Shown here one piece after another: positions 17,777-25,629 of a stretch of 64,000 nucleotides of DNA. The stretch's first letter is position 1; each line of letters starts with the position of its first letter. The stretch lies in the NCBI GenBank assembly GCA_035535495.1, contig DATLQA010000154.1, positions 2,354 through 66,353 of the forward strand, in the 5' to 3' direction. Position numbers and translations under genes: made by a program. The DNA comes from Actinomycetota bacterium (GTDB taxonomy: Bacteria; Actinomycetota; CALGFH01). The notes beneath the pieces are model-generated. The model did not search any database. It worked only from the letters and a program-made list of their open reading frames with translations, and was not told the DNA's origin.

Positions 17777-19023
17777 GATGGATCACTCCCGAAGAGCCGA
17801 TGGCGGCGGGGGACCTTGCCGCGTTGGCGGGCGAGCCGCCAGCGGATCAGGGCAAGGGCCACGATCGGCCAGGTGGACCCCGCCAGCAGCACGCCGACGT
17901 ACTCGTCGGAGGAGTGCAGCGCGTTGGCCACGCGCATCACGGTCAGCGAGAGCAGCGAGGTGAAGGCGAGCAGAGCGACGGTCGCGAGCAGCGGCAGGAG
18001 CCACCAGCGGATCACCTGACCGCGCCGACGTGGCCCCTCGACAGCGAGCGGGACCACGAACAGCGCGGCGAGGCAGAGCAGGAACAGCAGCGTCTGGGCG
18101 CACGCGGCGATCATGGCGAGCACCCCGAGCGTGATCGCGAACGGCAGGACGTAGCCAACCGCCGAGGTGGCGATGAACGCCCGCTCGGGACCGTGCCGCC
18201 CGATCGCCCAGTCGTGCACGCCGGAGACGTTCCTGCCGAGGTTCTGCAGCAGGGAAGGCTTGCGGGCCGGGTCCGCGGTGGCGAGCACCGCGGACCCGGT
18301 CTGCACGCGCGACAGCGGGTGGGCGACGAACGAGTCCCAGTACCGGGTCGCCAGGCGCTTCTGCGCCTCGTCCGCGTTGGGCGCGCCGTCGGTCTCCCGG
18401 CTCGGGGCGATCTGCGAGACCGCCCCCAGCATGAGGTTCGGGACGGCGGTCCCGAGCGCGGCCGCCTTCTGCACGGTCGCCTGCGGCTTGGTGATCACCA
18501 CCGTCGCCGCCAGCAACAGCAGGATGGCCAGTACCCAGGTGCGCGCGCTCGGGCGCACCAGGATCCCGTAGGCGACCAGGCCGAGCAGGGCGAGCTGGGT
18601 GCCGTCACGCAGCAACCGGCGGTTGCCCTCCCGCCACCCCCCGACTCCTTCGGCGGTGCGGCCACCGACCAGGAAGTCGAACAGCCCGAGCCGGTAGACG
18701 TCGCGCTGCCGCTCGATCGACGACCTGGTCATCCAGGCGGTCGAGCGGATCGCCAGGCGGGCGTAGGCGTTGAGCACGCCACGGCCCTGGATCTCGACCT
18801 GCTCGCGCTGGTACTTCCAGGGTGCGGTCTCGGCTTGGGCGGCGCCGATCTGCGCCGGGCGGACGAGGATCACCAGGAACAGCAGCAGGAAGGCGCCGAC
18901 GAGGTAGCGGAGCAGGACGGTGCGGAACTCGCCGAGAAAGCGATGCTCGGGCGGGACGGCGTACAGCGGCCGGGTGGGCGCGTCCGTCCCTCCGTGGTGG
19001 CGCTTCTCGGCGGTGGTGCTCAC
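17773..19023 (-). CDS. Hypothetical polytopic integral membrane protein (~416 aa, at least 8 predicted TM helices)
   Basis: GTG start with an AAGGGGAAG Shine-Dalgarno 7 nt upstream. Multiple long hydrophobic segments. First gene of a 3-gene translationally coupled operon that ends with the SLT/M15 hydrolase. Confidence 0.55.
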   Translation of the reverse strand: MSTTAEKRHHGGTDAPTRPLYAVPPEHRFLGEFRTVLLRYLVGAFLLLFLVILVRPAQIGAAQAETAPWKYQREQVEIQGRGVLNAYARLAIRSTAWMTRSSIERQRDVYRLGLFDFLVGGRTAEGVGGWREGNRRLLRDGTQLALLGLVAYGILVRPSARTWVLAILLLLAATVVITKPQATVQKAAALGTAVPNLMLGAVSQIAPSRETDGAPNADEAQKRLATRYWDSFVAHPLSRVQTGSAVLATADPARKPSLLQNLGRNVSGVHDWAIGRHGPERAFIATSAVGYVLPFAITLGVLAMIAACAQTLLFLLCLAALFVVPLAVEGPRRRGQVIRWWLLPLLATVALLAFTSLLSLTVMRVANALHSSDEYVGVLLAGSTWPIVALALIRWRLARQRGKVPRRHRLFGSDPS

Positions 19024-19189
19024 GGCTTCCCCTTCACGTGACCACGATGCGCTCGGCGTCTGCCCCGCTCGTATCCCCTGTGTCGCCCGGTGTCGCCCCG
19101 TGTCCGAGGGGCTCCAGTTCCCGGTGATCGAACATATGTTCGACCCTATGAGCTGTGGCGTCAAGCGAACAGCCCCGCTTCTCACGGGT

Positions 19190-20254
19190 ATTTCGCGACC
19201 TGTCCCCCTGGCTCCAGGCCTGCCTGTCCGGAACGCTCCAGCCGAGGGCCGAGCGCCGGCTACCTGGCGGACGAGGGGGGTGGCGCCGTCACCGAGCGGT
19301 AGGTGAGCGGCGGGGTCACCACGGACTCCTCCAGGAGGCGGTAGAAGAGCAGCCCGCGATGGGTGGAGCGGCGCCGGTTGAAGCGGAAGGTGAACTCGTC
19401 GAGGTACCAGTCGAGCTGGTCGGCGGAGACCGCGCCGGAGTGGGTCGCCTCCAGCCAGCGGTGCAGCCTGGCGACCACGTCGGCACCGCAGGCCATGGCC
19501 GGCTCGTCCTGCCCGTCGGGCGCGAGGTAGCCGAGCTCGGTCAGGGCCGCGGCCGCGTCCCGCCTGCCGGTGCGGACCACCGTCCCCGGCTCGACCGCCC
19601 AGCCGACAAAGGCGACCAGGTCGACCGCTGCCGATCCCGGCGTCCGCTGCATGCGGACCCGGCCGGGCTCCCCGGCGTCACGCACCTCGACCGCGGCGGC
19701 CACGGTGGCGCCCGCGCGGCCACCGGTTCCCGGGCGGGCACCGACCACCGTGGTGACCACCTCGACGGTGTCGGAAAGGCGGGGTCGGCCGGACCGCACC
19801 ATGGCCCGCCGGTAGCGGTGCAGCATCGCCCAGGCGGTCTCGTAGCTGGACAGGCCGAGGTGGTGCTGCAGGTGGCGGGCTGAGACGCCGTGCTCGGCGG
19901 TGGCGATCAGCCAGGCGGCCTCGAACCAGTGCGTGAGCGGGGTTCGGGTCCCCTGAAACAGGGTGCCGGCGGTGACCGAGGTCTGGTGCTGGCAGTTGCG
20001 GCAGACCAGCCGCCGGCGTGAGCCCCGCCAGGGCTCGCCGACCGCACCGCACGACGGGCAGACGAACCCGTCCGGCCAGCTCAGCCGCTCGAGGTAGCGG
20101 CCGCAGGCGTCCTCGTCGGGGAAGGCCGCCTCGAACTCGTCGCGGGTGCGGGGGTAGTCCCCGCCGGCGACCGGTCCAGGCGGCTGGGAGGACTCGGCGG
20201 GGTCTGCCACGGGCCCGCTCCTCGGGTGGCGTGCGGCGGCCTGTAGGTCGCCGC
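19190..20254 (-). mobile_element. IS1595-family insertion sequence. Boundaries are approximate and the terminal inverted repeats were not resolved.
   Basis: The transposase gene fills the ~1 kb gap between the lepB stop (20255) and the start of the membrane-protein operon (19023). I could not identify clean IRs by eye. Confidence 0.35.
19260..20210 (-). CDS. IS1595-family transposase (ISXO2-like DDE domain with N-terminal zinc ribbon)
   Basis: N-terminal 'FPDEDACGRYLERLSWPDGFVCPSCG…CRNCQHQTS' transposase zinc-ribbon. C-terminal 'LDWYLDEFTFRFNRR' is characteristic of IS1595/ISXO2 transposases. GTG start with a GAGGAG Shine-Dalgarno. 316 aa. Confidence 0.8.
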   Translation of the reverse strand: MADPAESSQPPGPVAGGDYPRTRDEFEAAFPDEDACGRYLERLSWPDGFVCPSCGAVGEPWRGSRRRLVCRNCQHQTSVTAGTLFQGTRTPLTHWFEAAWLIATAEHGVSARHLQHHLGLSSYETAWAMLHRYRRAMVRSGRPRLSDTVEVVTTVVGARPGTGGRAGATVAAAVEVRDAGEPGRVRMQRTPGSAAVDLVAFVGWAVEPGTVVRTGRRDAAAALTELGYLAPDGQDEPAMACGADVVARLHRWLEATHSGAVSADQLDWYLDEFTFRFNRRRSTHRGLLFYRLLEESVVTPPLTYRSVTAPPPSSAR

Positions 20255-22270
20255 CTACAAGAGGCTGAAGTGCGGCAGTGGCCACACGGTGCCGGTCGCC
20301 CTGCCGACCAGGGTGGAGTGCGGTATCGGGCCGAAGAAGCGCGAGTCCGACGAGTCCTCGCGGTTGTCCCCCATCACCCAGTAGTGCCCGGGAGGCACCC
20401 GCACGGGACCGAAGTCGGAGGTGCGGGTGCCAGGCCGGAGGTATGGCTCGATCAGCGCGCTGCCGTTCAGCCAGACGCGGCCCTGCGAGCCCTGGACGAT
20501 GTCGCCAGGTCCGGCGACGACCCGCTTGATCAGGTCCTCGTTCCCTGGCGGAGCGCTGCCGAGACCCTGGGCGACGGCCCGCCGCACCCACGACACGGCG
20601 TTGTCCGGCGCCGCCACACGCTCCCCGGTGGGGCGCAGGAAGACCACCACCTGGCCGCGCTGCGGGACGCCGAGGCGGTACGAGAGCCGGTTGACGACCA
20701 CCCGGTCGCCCACCTCGAGGGTCGGCTCCATGGAGCGGGACGGGATGTAGAAGGCCTGGACCAGGAAGCCCTTGACCAGCACGGCCAGGATCACCGCCGC
20801 GATCACGAGCACGGGCAGCTCGGCCACGAACGCCGCCCTGGGCTGGCGGGAGCGCCGGCCGCCGCGGCCGTAGCCGTCGCCGTAGCGCTCGACGCGCGTC
20901 TCGGCCAGCTCGACCTCGCCGGTGCCTGGGCGCCGGGTGCGCGGCCGGACCGGACCGCCGGGATACGCGCCCGGCCTGGCGGGCAGCGCCGGCGGTGCTG
21001 GCGCCGCCCAGCTGGCCGGCGGGGCCTGCCACTGCGGCCGGGGGGGCGCGGGCAGCTGGCGCGGGGCGGGCCTCGGTGGCCAGAACCTCTCGGGCGGCAT
21101 CGCCGCGGCCGCGCCGGGCGGCCACGGCCCGTGCGGCACGGGAGCCGGTGCCGGGCCAGGCAGGGCCGGCGGCAGGGGGGCCGGGCCGGTGGGCTGTTCC
21201 CATGGCATCCCTGGCCAGGAACTGCTGTGGTCGGGGATACGGGCCGGCGCCGGCGCGCCGGTCCATGGCGCGCCTGGGGCCGGCATGCCGGTTGGTGGTG
21301 GGCTGGCCTCCGGCAGGCGCCGCTGGGCCGGCCCACCGGTCCAGGGCGGCCCGGGTGGCGGCGTGCCGTTCGGGACCGGGGGGCCGGCCCCTGGCATCCG
21401 GCCGGCGACCGGGGGGCCGGTCCAGGCCGGGCCGGGGGCTGGCACGCCGGTAGCGGGCGGCGGTGGGGCGGCGTCGGGTAGGCGCCACGGGTCCGGTGGG
21501 TCACTCCACGGTGAGGCCGGCGGCATGCCACCGTCGAGCGGAGGACCCGGGTCGGGTGGGTGACTGGACGGGAGCGCTTCGGTCCAGGACGCGTACAGGT
21601 CGGGTGCGCCCGGCGCGGTCGGTTCGTCGACCCAGGCCAGCGGCATGGCCGACTGCCTCGCCGGTGCTACCGGAGCGTGCTCGGCGTCGGGCAGGCCGAT
21701 GCCGCCACCCGGATCACCGGCGGATCCGTTGGGCCAGAGACCGTCCCGGGTGTCCGGCAGCTGTGCCGAAGCCGGCCCGCCCGTCCAGGACAGGTCGGCG
21801 AGGTCCGCCTGGTGGCCGTTCGTCGACCCGTTGGCCCAGTGGGCGCCGTTGGCCTGCTCGAACCCGGGTGCCGATCCGTCAGGTGGTGCCGCCGTCGGGA
21901 AGACGCCCCTGGCCGGACTACCAGGGACCTCGGGCCGGGGGATCCCCGACCCGTTGGTGCGGAACGCACCGCGGCCGTGTGGCTGCCGTCCCGAATCGGA
22001 TTCGTTGGTCCAGGCTGGGCTGGGGAGCGCCGGGCGGCCGGTGGGCCGGCCGTTCACCCGAGGGTCGGCGGAACCGTTGGTCGCGGGGTCGCCGGGTTGA
22101 CCAGGTGTGAACCCGTTGGCCCACGGGCCGCCTGGGGTCTCCGGCCAGGTCGCGGCCTGGTACTCCGACCAAGGAGGGTCGGGGTACCGGCTGGCGGACG
22201 GGTCCGGCACCGGAGCAGGTGGCATGCCTGGATCACCCGCGCGCGCCGAAGGCGGCGGGGCGGGTCCCAT
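20255..22270 (-). CDS. lepB: Signal peptidase I (LepB) with an N-terminal Pro/Trp-rich repeat extension of ~440 aa
   Basis: The C-terminal 230 aa contain 'IPSRSMEPTL' (catalytic Ser), 'GDRVVVNRLSY', 'LIKRVVAGPGD' and 'VMGDNREDSSDSR', the canonical S26 peptidase motifs. Upstream in the same frame is a stop-free GC3-rich stretch from ATG 22270 (AGAGGA Shine-Dalgarno) with repeated 'PAPGPxWTGxP' units. Confidence 0.7.
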   Translation of the reverse strand: MGPAPPPSARAGDPGMPPAPVPDPSASRYPDPPWSEYQAATWPETPGGPWANGFTPGQPGDPATNGSADPRVNGRPTGRPALPSPAWTNESDSGRQPHGRGAFRTNGSGIPRPEVPGSPARGVFPTAAPPDGSAPGFEQANGAHWANGSTNGHQADLADLSWTGGPASAQLPDTRDGLWPNGSAGDPGGGIGLPDAEHAPVAPARQSAMPLAWVDEPTAPGAPDLYASWTEALPSSHPPDPGPPLDGGMPPASPWSDPPDPWRLPDAAPPPPATGVPAPGPAWTGPPVAGRMPGAGPPVPNGTPPPGPPWTGGPAQRRLPEASPPPTGMPAPGAPWTGAPAPARIPDHSSSWPGMPWEQPTGPAPLPPALPGPAPAPVPHGPWPPGAAAAMPPERFWPPRPAPRQLPAPPRPQWQAPPASWAAPAPPALPARPGAYPGGPVRPRTRRPGTGEVELAETRVERYGDGYGRGGRRSRQPRAAFVAELPVLVIAAVILAVLVKGFLVQAFYIPSRSMEPTLEVGDRVVVNRLSYRLGVPQRGQVVVFLRPTGERVAAPDNAVSWVRRAVAQGLGSAPPGNEDLIKRVVAGPGDIVQGSQGRVWLNGSALIEPYLRPGTRTSDFGPVRVPPGHYWVMGDNREDSSDSRFFGPIPHSTLVGRATGTVWPLPHFSLL

Positions 22271-22630
22271 GGTCCTCTCGTTCCAGTGCTCCAAGTGGTA
22301 GCCACGCTTTCGCGCGTGGGGACGGACCCCGTTGGTGCAGTGTGGCAGCACCCGGTGACGAAGCGGGTCCAGCCTGGGGGATTCGCTCGTCGCGCCCGTA
22401 CCGCCGGGGCGGCGTGGTGCCGCCCCCTGTATCAACCAGTCCGGTATTGTCTCGCATCCGGCGCCGCTCGCCGAGCCGGCCAGAGCGCCCAGGCAGGTTG
22501 AATCACCCGATCTGCACGAGCGTCGGTAGCCTCACTGGTAGCCACCGGACCGTACGGGTACCACCACTCCTTGCGATTGGCACGCCCGTCCAGGTGCACG
22601 TGCTTGGACCGGCCACCCACATCGCGGTCC

Positions 22631-23989
22631 TCAAGGCTGGTTGACGCGGTCCGCGCCGGCAAGGGCCTGGTCGAGTACGTCAAGCCCCTCCTCCAGCATG
22701 GCCTCGTCCATCACCAGCGGCGCCAGGATGCGGACCACGTTGTCGTGGATGCCGGCCTTGAGGGTCAGCACGCCGTTGCGGGCGGTCTCGGCCAGCACCT
22801 GGTTGGTGGCCTCCTTGGCCGGCTCCTTGGTCTTGCGGTCGGTGACCAGCTCGAGCGCCATCATCGCGCCCAGACCGCGCACCTCGCCGACGATGCGGTG
22901 ACGCTCGCCCATGTCACCGAGCCGCCTGGCCAGCACCGCCCCCATGCGCTTCGAGCGGTCGAGCAGGTCGCCCTCTTCGAACATCTCGATGGTGGCCAGG
23001 GCGGCGACGCAGGCCAGCGGGTTGCCGCCGTAGGTGCCGCCAAGCCCGCCGGGGCCGGGTACCTCCATCATCGGTGCCCGGCCGGTCACCGCGCCGAGCG
23101 GCAGCCCGGCAGCCAGCGACTTGGCCGAGAGCGTGAAGTCGGGCTCGACCCCTGGGTGCTGCTCGGTCGCGAAGAGCGTGCCGGTGCGGCCGAAGCCGGA
23201 CTGCACCTCGTCGGCGACCAGCGGGATCTCCAGGTCGCGGCAGATCTGCGCGATCCGTTCCAGCCAGCCGGGAGGCGGCGCGATGAAGCCGCCCTCGCCC
23301 TGGACCGGCTCCACCAGCACCGCGGCCACGTTCTGCGGCCCGACGTGGACCTTGAGGTGATCCTCGACATAGTCCGCGCAGGCGATGCCGCAGGACGGGT
23401 AGTCGAGCCCGAACGGGCAGCGGTAGCAGTAGGCGTAGGGGACCCGGTGGACCTCGCTCGGGAACGGGTGGTAGCCCTGCTTGTACGGGGTGACCTTGCC
23501 GGTCATCGCCAGCGCCAGCAGGGTGCGGCCGTGGAAGGCGTTGTCGAACACCACCACGCCGGGGCGGCCGGTCGCCGCCCTGGCGATCTTGACCACGTTC
23601 TCGGTCGCCTCGGCGCCGGAGTTCACCAGGAAGGTCCGCTTGTCGTAGTCGCCAGGGGTGATGCGGTTGAGCGCCTCGGCCACCGCCACGTACGGCTCGT
23701 TCATCAGGGCGTGCTGGCAGCTGTGCAGGTAGCGGTCGAGCTGCGCCTTCAACGCCGCCACCACGGCCGGCGGGGTGTGGCCGGCGTTGAGCACGCCGAG
23801 GCCGCCGGTGAAGTCGATGAAGCGGTTGCCGTCGACGTCCTCGATCACCGCGCCGTGCGCGGCGGCGGCATAGACCGGTGTCATGGTGCTGACGCCCCGC
23901 GGGACGGCCTTGCGCCGGCGCTCGTCGAGCGCCCGGCTCGCCGGCCCAGGGACCTCGCCCTCCAGTCTGCGCGCCTGTGGCAGGGTCAC
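22631..23989 (-). CDS. gabT: 4-aminobutyrate (class-III) aminotransferase
   Basis: N-terminal 'RRRKAVPRGV' region collinear with E. coli GabT, 'GGTYGGNP' and 'VPGPGGLGGT' motifs, and the PLP-lysine region 'FTLSAKSLAAGLPLG'. GTG start with an AAAGGAG Shine-Dalgarno. Confidence 0.85.
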   Translation of the reverse strand: MTLPQARRLEGEVPGPASRALDERRRKAVPRGVSTMTPVYAAAAHGAVIEDVDGNRFIDFTGGLGVLNAGHTPPAVVAALKAQLDRYLHSCQHALMNEPYVAVAEALNRITPGDYDKRTFLVNSGAEATENVVKIARAATGRPGVVVFDNAFHGRTLLALAMTGKVTPYKQGYHPFPSEVHRVPYAYCYRCPFGLDYPSCGIACADYVEDHLKVHVGPQNVAAVLVEPVQGEGGFIAPPPGWLERIAQICRDLEIPLVADEVQSGFGRTGTLFATEQHPGVEPDFTLSAKSLAAGLPLGAVTGRAPMMEVPGPGGLGGTYGGNPLACVAALATIEMFEEGDLLDRSKRMGAVLARRLGDMGERHRIVGEVRGLGAMMALELVTDRKTKEPAKEATNQVLAETARNGVLTLKAGIHDNVVRILAPLVMDEAMLEEGLDVLDQALAGADRVNQP

Positions 23990-24098
23990 GCTACGCTCCT
24001 TTGCTCAAACGCTCGGTGGCCTCCGCCGCCGGGTGCGCTGGCTTCCCTCGTCGCTCCTCGGCCCAGCCGGCGTGCGGCTCCGGGCACCTCGCTCATTC

Positions 24099-25337
24099 TC
24101 AGCCCGTCACCATGGTGCGGGTGACCAGGGACACTTCCATGAAGCGGCGGGCCAGCTCCGCGAAGTACGGTTCCGGCGGCACCACGTCCTCGGGGGCGAA
24201 CACCCCGCGCCGGTCGATCACCCCGCCGGCGAGGAACTGGGCGACGATACTTGGCGGCACGCCGGTGTCGAGCTGCCCGGCACCAGCACCCCAGGTCGGG
24301 TGGGGCCGCACCACGCACTCGACCAGCACCTCGATGCGGCGCCCGGCGTTGGGGGCGAGGGCCGGATCCCCCGATCGTCCGGCCCGTCGCCCACCAAGCC
24401 GGACCCAGATCGCCTCGGCGTCGTCCGCCTTGGCGTCGGGGCTGGGCCGTTCCTGGCCGACGGTGAGCAGGTCGAGCAGCAGGTCTCTCGGGACCACCTT
24501 GCCGACCGGCAGGTCGACCGGCTCGGTGCCGGTGAGACCGAGCCCGACCAGCAGGTTCATGCGGTCCATGAAATCGGGTGGGAAACCGACCTTGAACGAG
24601 ACCGACTCGATCCCGCGATCGGCCAGGTAGCGCGGCAGGGTGGCGACCTCGGAGTGGAGCGTGTGGCCGACCCGCACGCGCCCGACCGGAGCCGGGAACT
24701 CGAGCTCCTCCTGCTCGCTCATGGCCGGCACCGCGTTCCAGCGGCCGCCGCGCCAGACCATCGCCGGCATGGTGAACTCGTCGAGCAGGGTGGGAGCGGC
24801 GTAGGGGAGGGGGAGGACGGCGTCGTGGCTGGCGAAGTCGGCGATCCCCAGCCGGATCTCGACCGACTCGACCGTGTCCAGCTCCCTGGCGGCCAGCGCG
24901 GCCATCACGTTGGTGGTGCCCGGACTGGCTCCCATGCCGATGACCGCGGTGGCGCCGGCGGCGGCGAAGCGCTCGTGCAGGGTGAGCTGCCTTCGGGTGG
25001 TGTGGAACAGCCCGCCGAGGTCGACGTAGTGCGTGCCGGTGTCGGCACAGGCCTCCATCACCGGCACGTTGGTGGCGTGGAAGGCGCAGTTCACCACCAC
25101 GTCGACCGGCTCGAAGCCGTGCCGGAGAGCATCGGGGTCGCCGGCGTCGAGGGTCGCGCCCCAGATCCTGGCGGTGCCGGTGGAACCGGCCCGCGCCGCC
25201 GCCCAGCCGGCGGTCTCCATCGCCCTCGGGCCGTCGGCGTCGGCCACGCAGACCTCGTCCACCCCGACCGACTCGGTCAGGTCACGGACCGTCCAGCGCC
25301 CCATGGCGCCGGCACCGCCGAGCACGAGTGCGCGCAT
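24099..25337 (-). CDS. Saccharopine dehydrogenase (NADP-binding) family protein
   Basis: 'MRALVLGGAGAMGR' Rossmann N-terminus and ~410 aa length match the saccharopine dehydrogenase / carboxynorspermidine dehydrogenase family. Adjacent to gabT. Confidence 0.7.
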   Translation of the reverse strand: MRALVLGGAGAMGRWTVRDLTESVGVDEVCVADADGPRAMETAGWAAARAGSTGTARIWGATLDAGDPDALRHGFEPVDVVVNCAFHATNVPVMEACADTGTHYVDLGGLFHTTRRQLTLHERFAAAGATAVIGMGASPGTTNVMAALAARELDTVESVEIRLGIADFASHDAVLPLPYAAPTLLDEFTMPAMVWRGGRWNAVPAMSEQEELEFPAPVGRVRVGHTLHSEVATLPRYLADRGIESVSFKVGFPPDFMDRMNLLVGLGLTGTEPVDLPVGKVVPRDLLLDLLTVGQERPSPDAKADDAEAIWVRLGGRRAGRSGDPALAPNAGRRIEVLVECVVRPHPTWGAGAGQLDTGVPPSIVAQFLAGGVIDRRGVFAPEDVVPPEPYFAELARRFMEVSLVTRTMVTG

Positions 25338-25504
25338 CCGACTCCCAGCACCGCTGTCCACGTCACCGGGCCCACCAGCCATCGCCGAGGCCCGCACGGA
25401 CGGCGCTGGACCCGCGCGCGAGCGCGGCACCGCCGTCCGTGCGGGCAGCGTGCCAGCTGGCCCAGAGGTCGAGAAGGGCCCCAGCGTCCAAGCCGGTCAT
25501 ACCG

Positions 25505-25534
25505 GCTTGTACGAATCGGCACCGCTTGTACGAA
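25505..25534. promoter_or_regulatory. Tandem 11-bp direct repeat GCTTGTACGAA (x2) in the gabT-operon / PucR divergent promoter region. Candidate operator.
   Basis: Copies at 25505-25515 and 25524-25534 (11/11 identical). A related TGTACA palindrome sits at ~25568-25575. These are low-GC motifs in otherwise ~75% GC DNA. Confidence 0.3.
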
Positions 25535-25629
25535 GTGGTGCCTGGGGCTGGCGCCGGACGACCGGCTGTGTACAGTTGTGCCATCGCCAGGCTCGGCCTG
25601 GCGCCGGATTGGAGCCGCGGGGAGGGCTC

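Noticed and set aside
20018-21563. Plus-strand Gly/Arg-rich ORFs (20018..21481, 20922..21563) opposite the lepB N-terminal extension
   Set aside because: They are the reverse-complement reading of the Pro-rich CCN repeats (NGG gives Gly). The minus-strand frame is contiguous with the bona fide LepB catalytic domain and has a plausible Shine-Dalgarno and start.
22406-22426. Hairpin GGGGCGGC-gtggt-GCCGCCCC in the lepB/gabT intergenic region, as a gabT terminator
   Set aside because: It lies ~200 bp downstream of the gabT stop with no U-tract, so its role is ambiguous. I did not call it as a feature.
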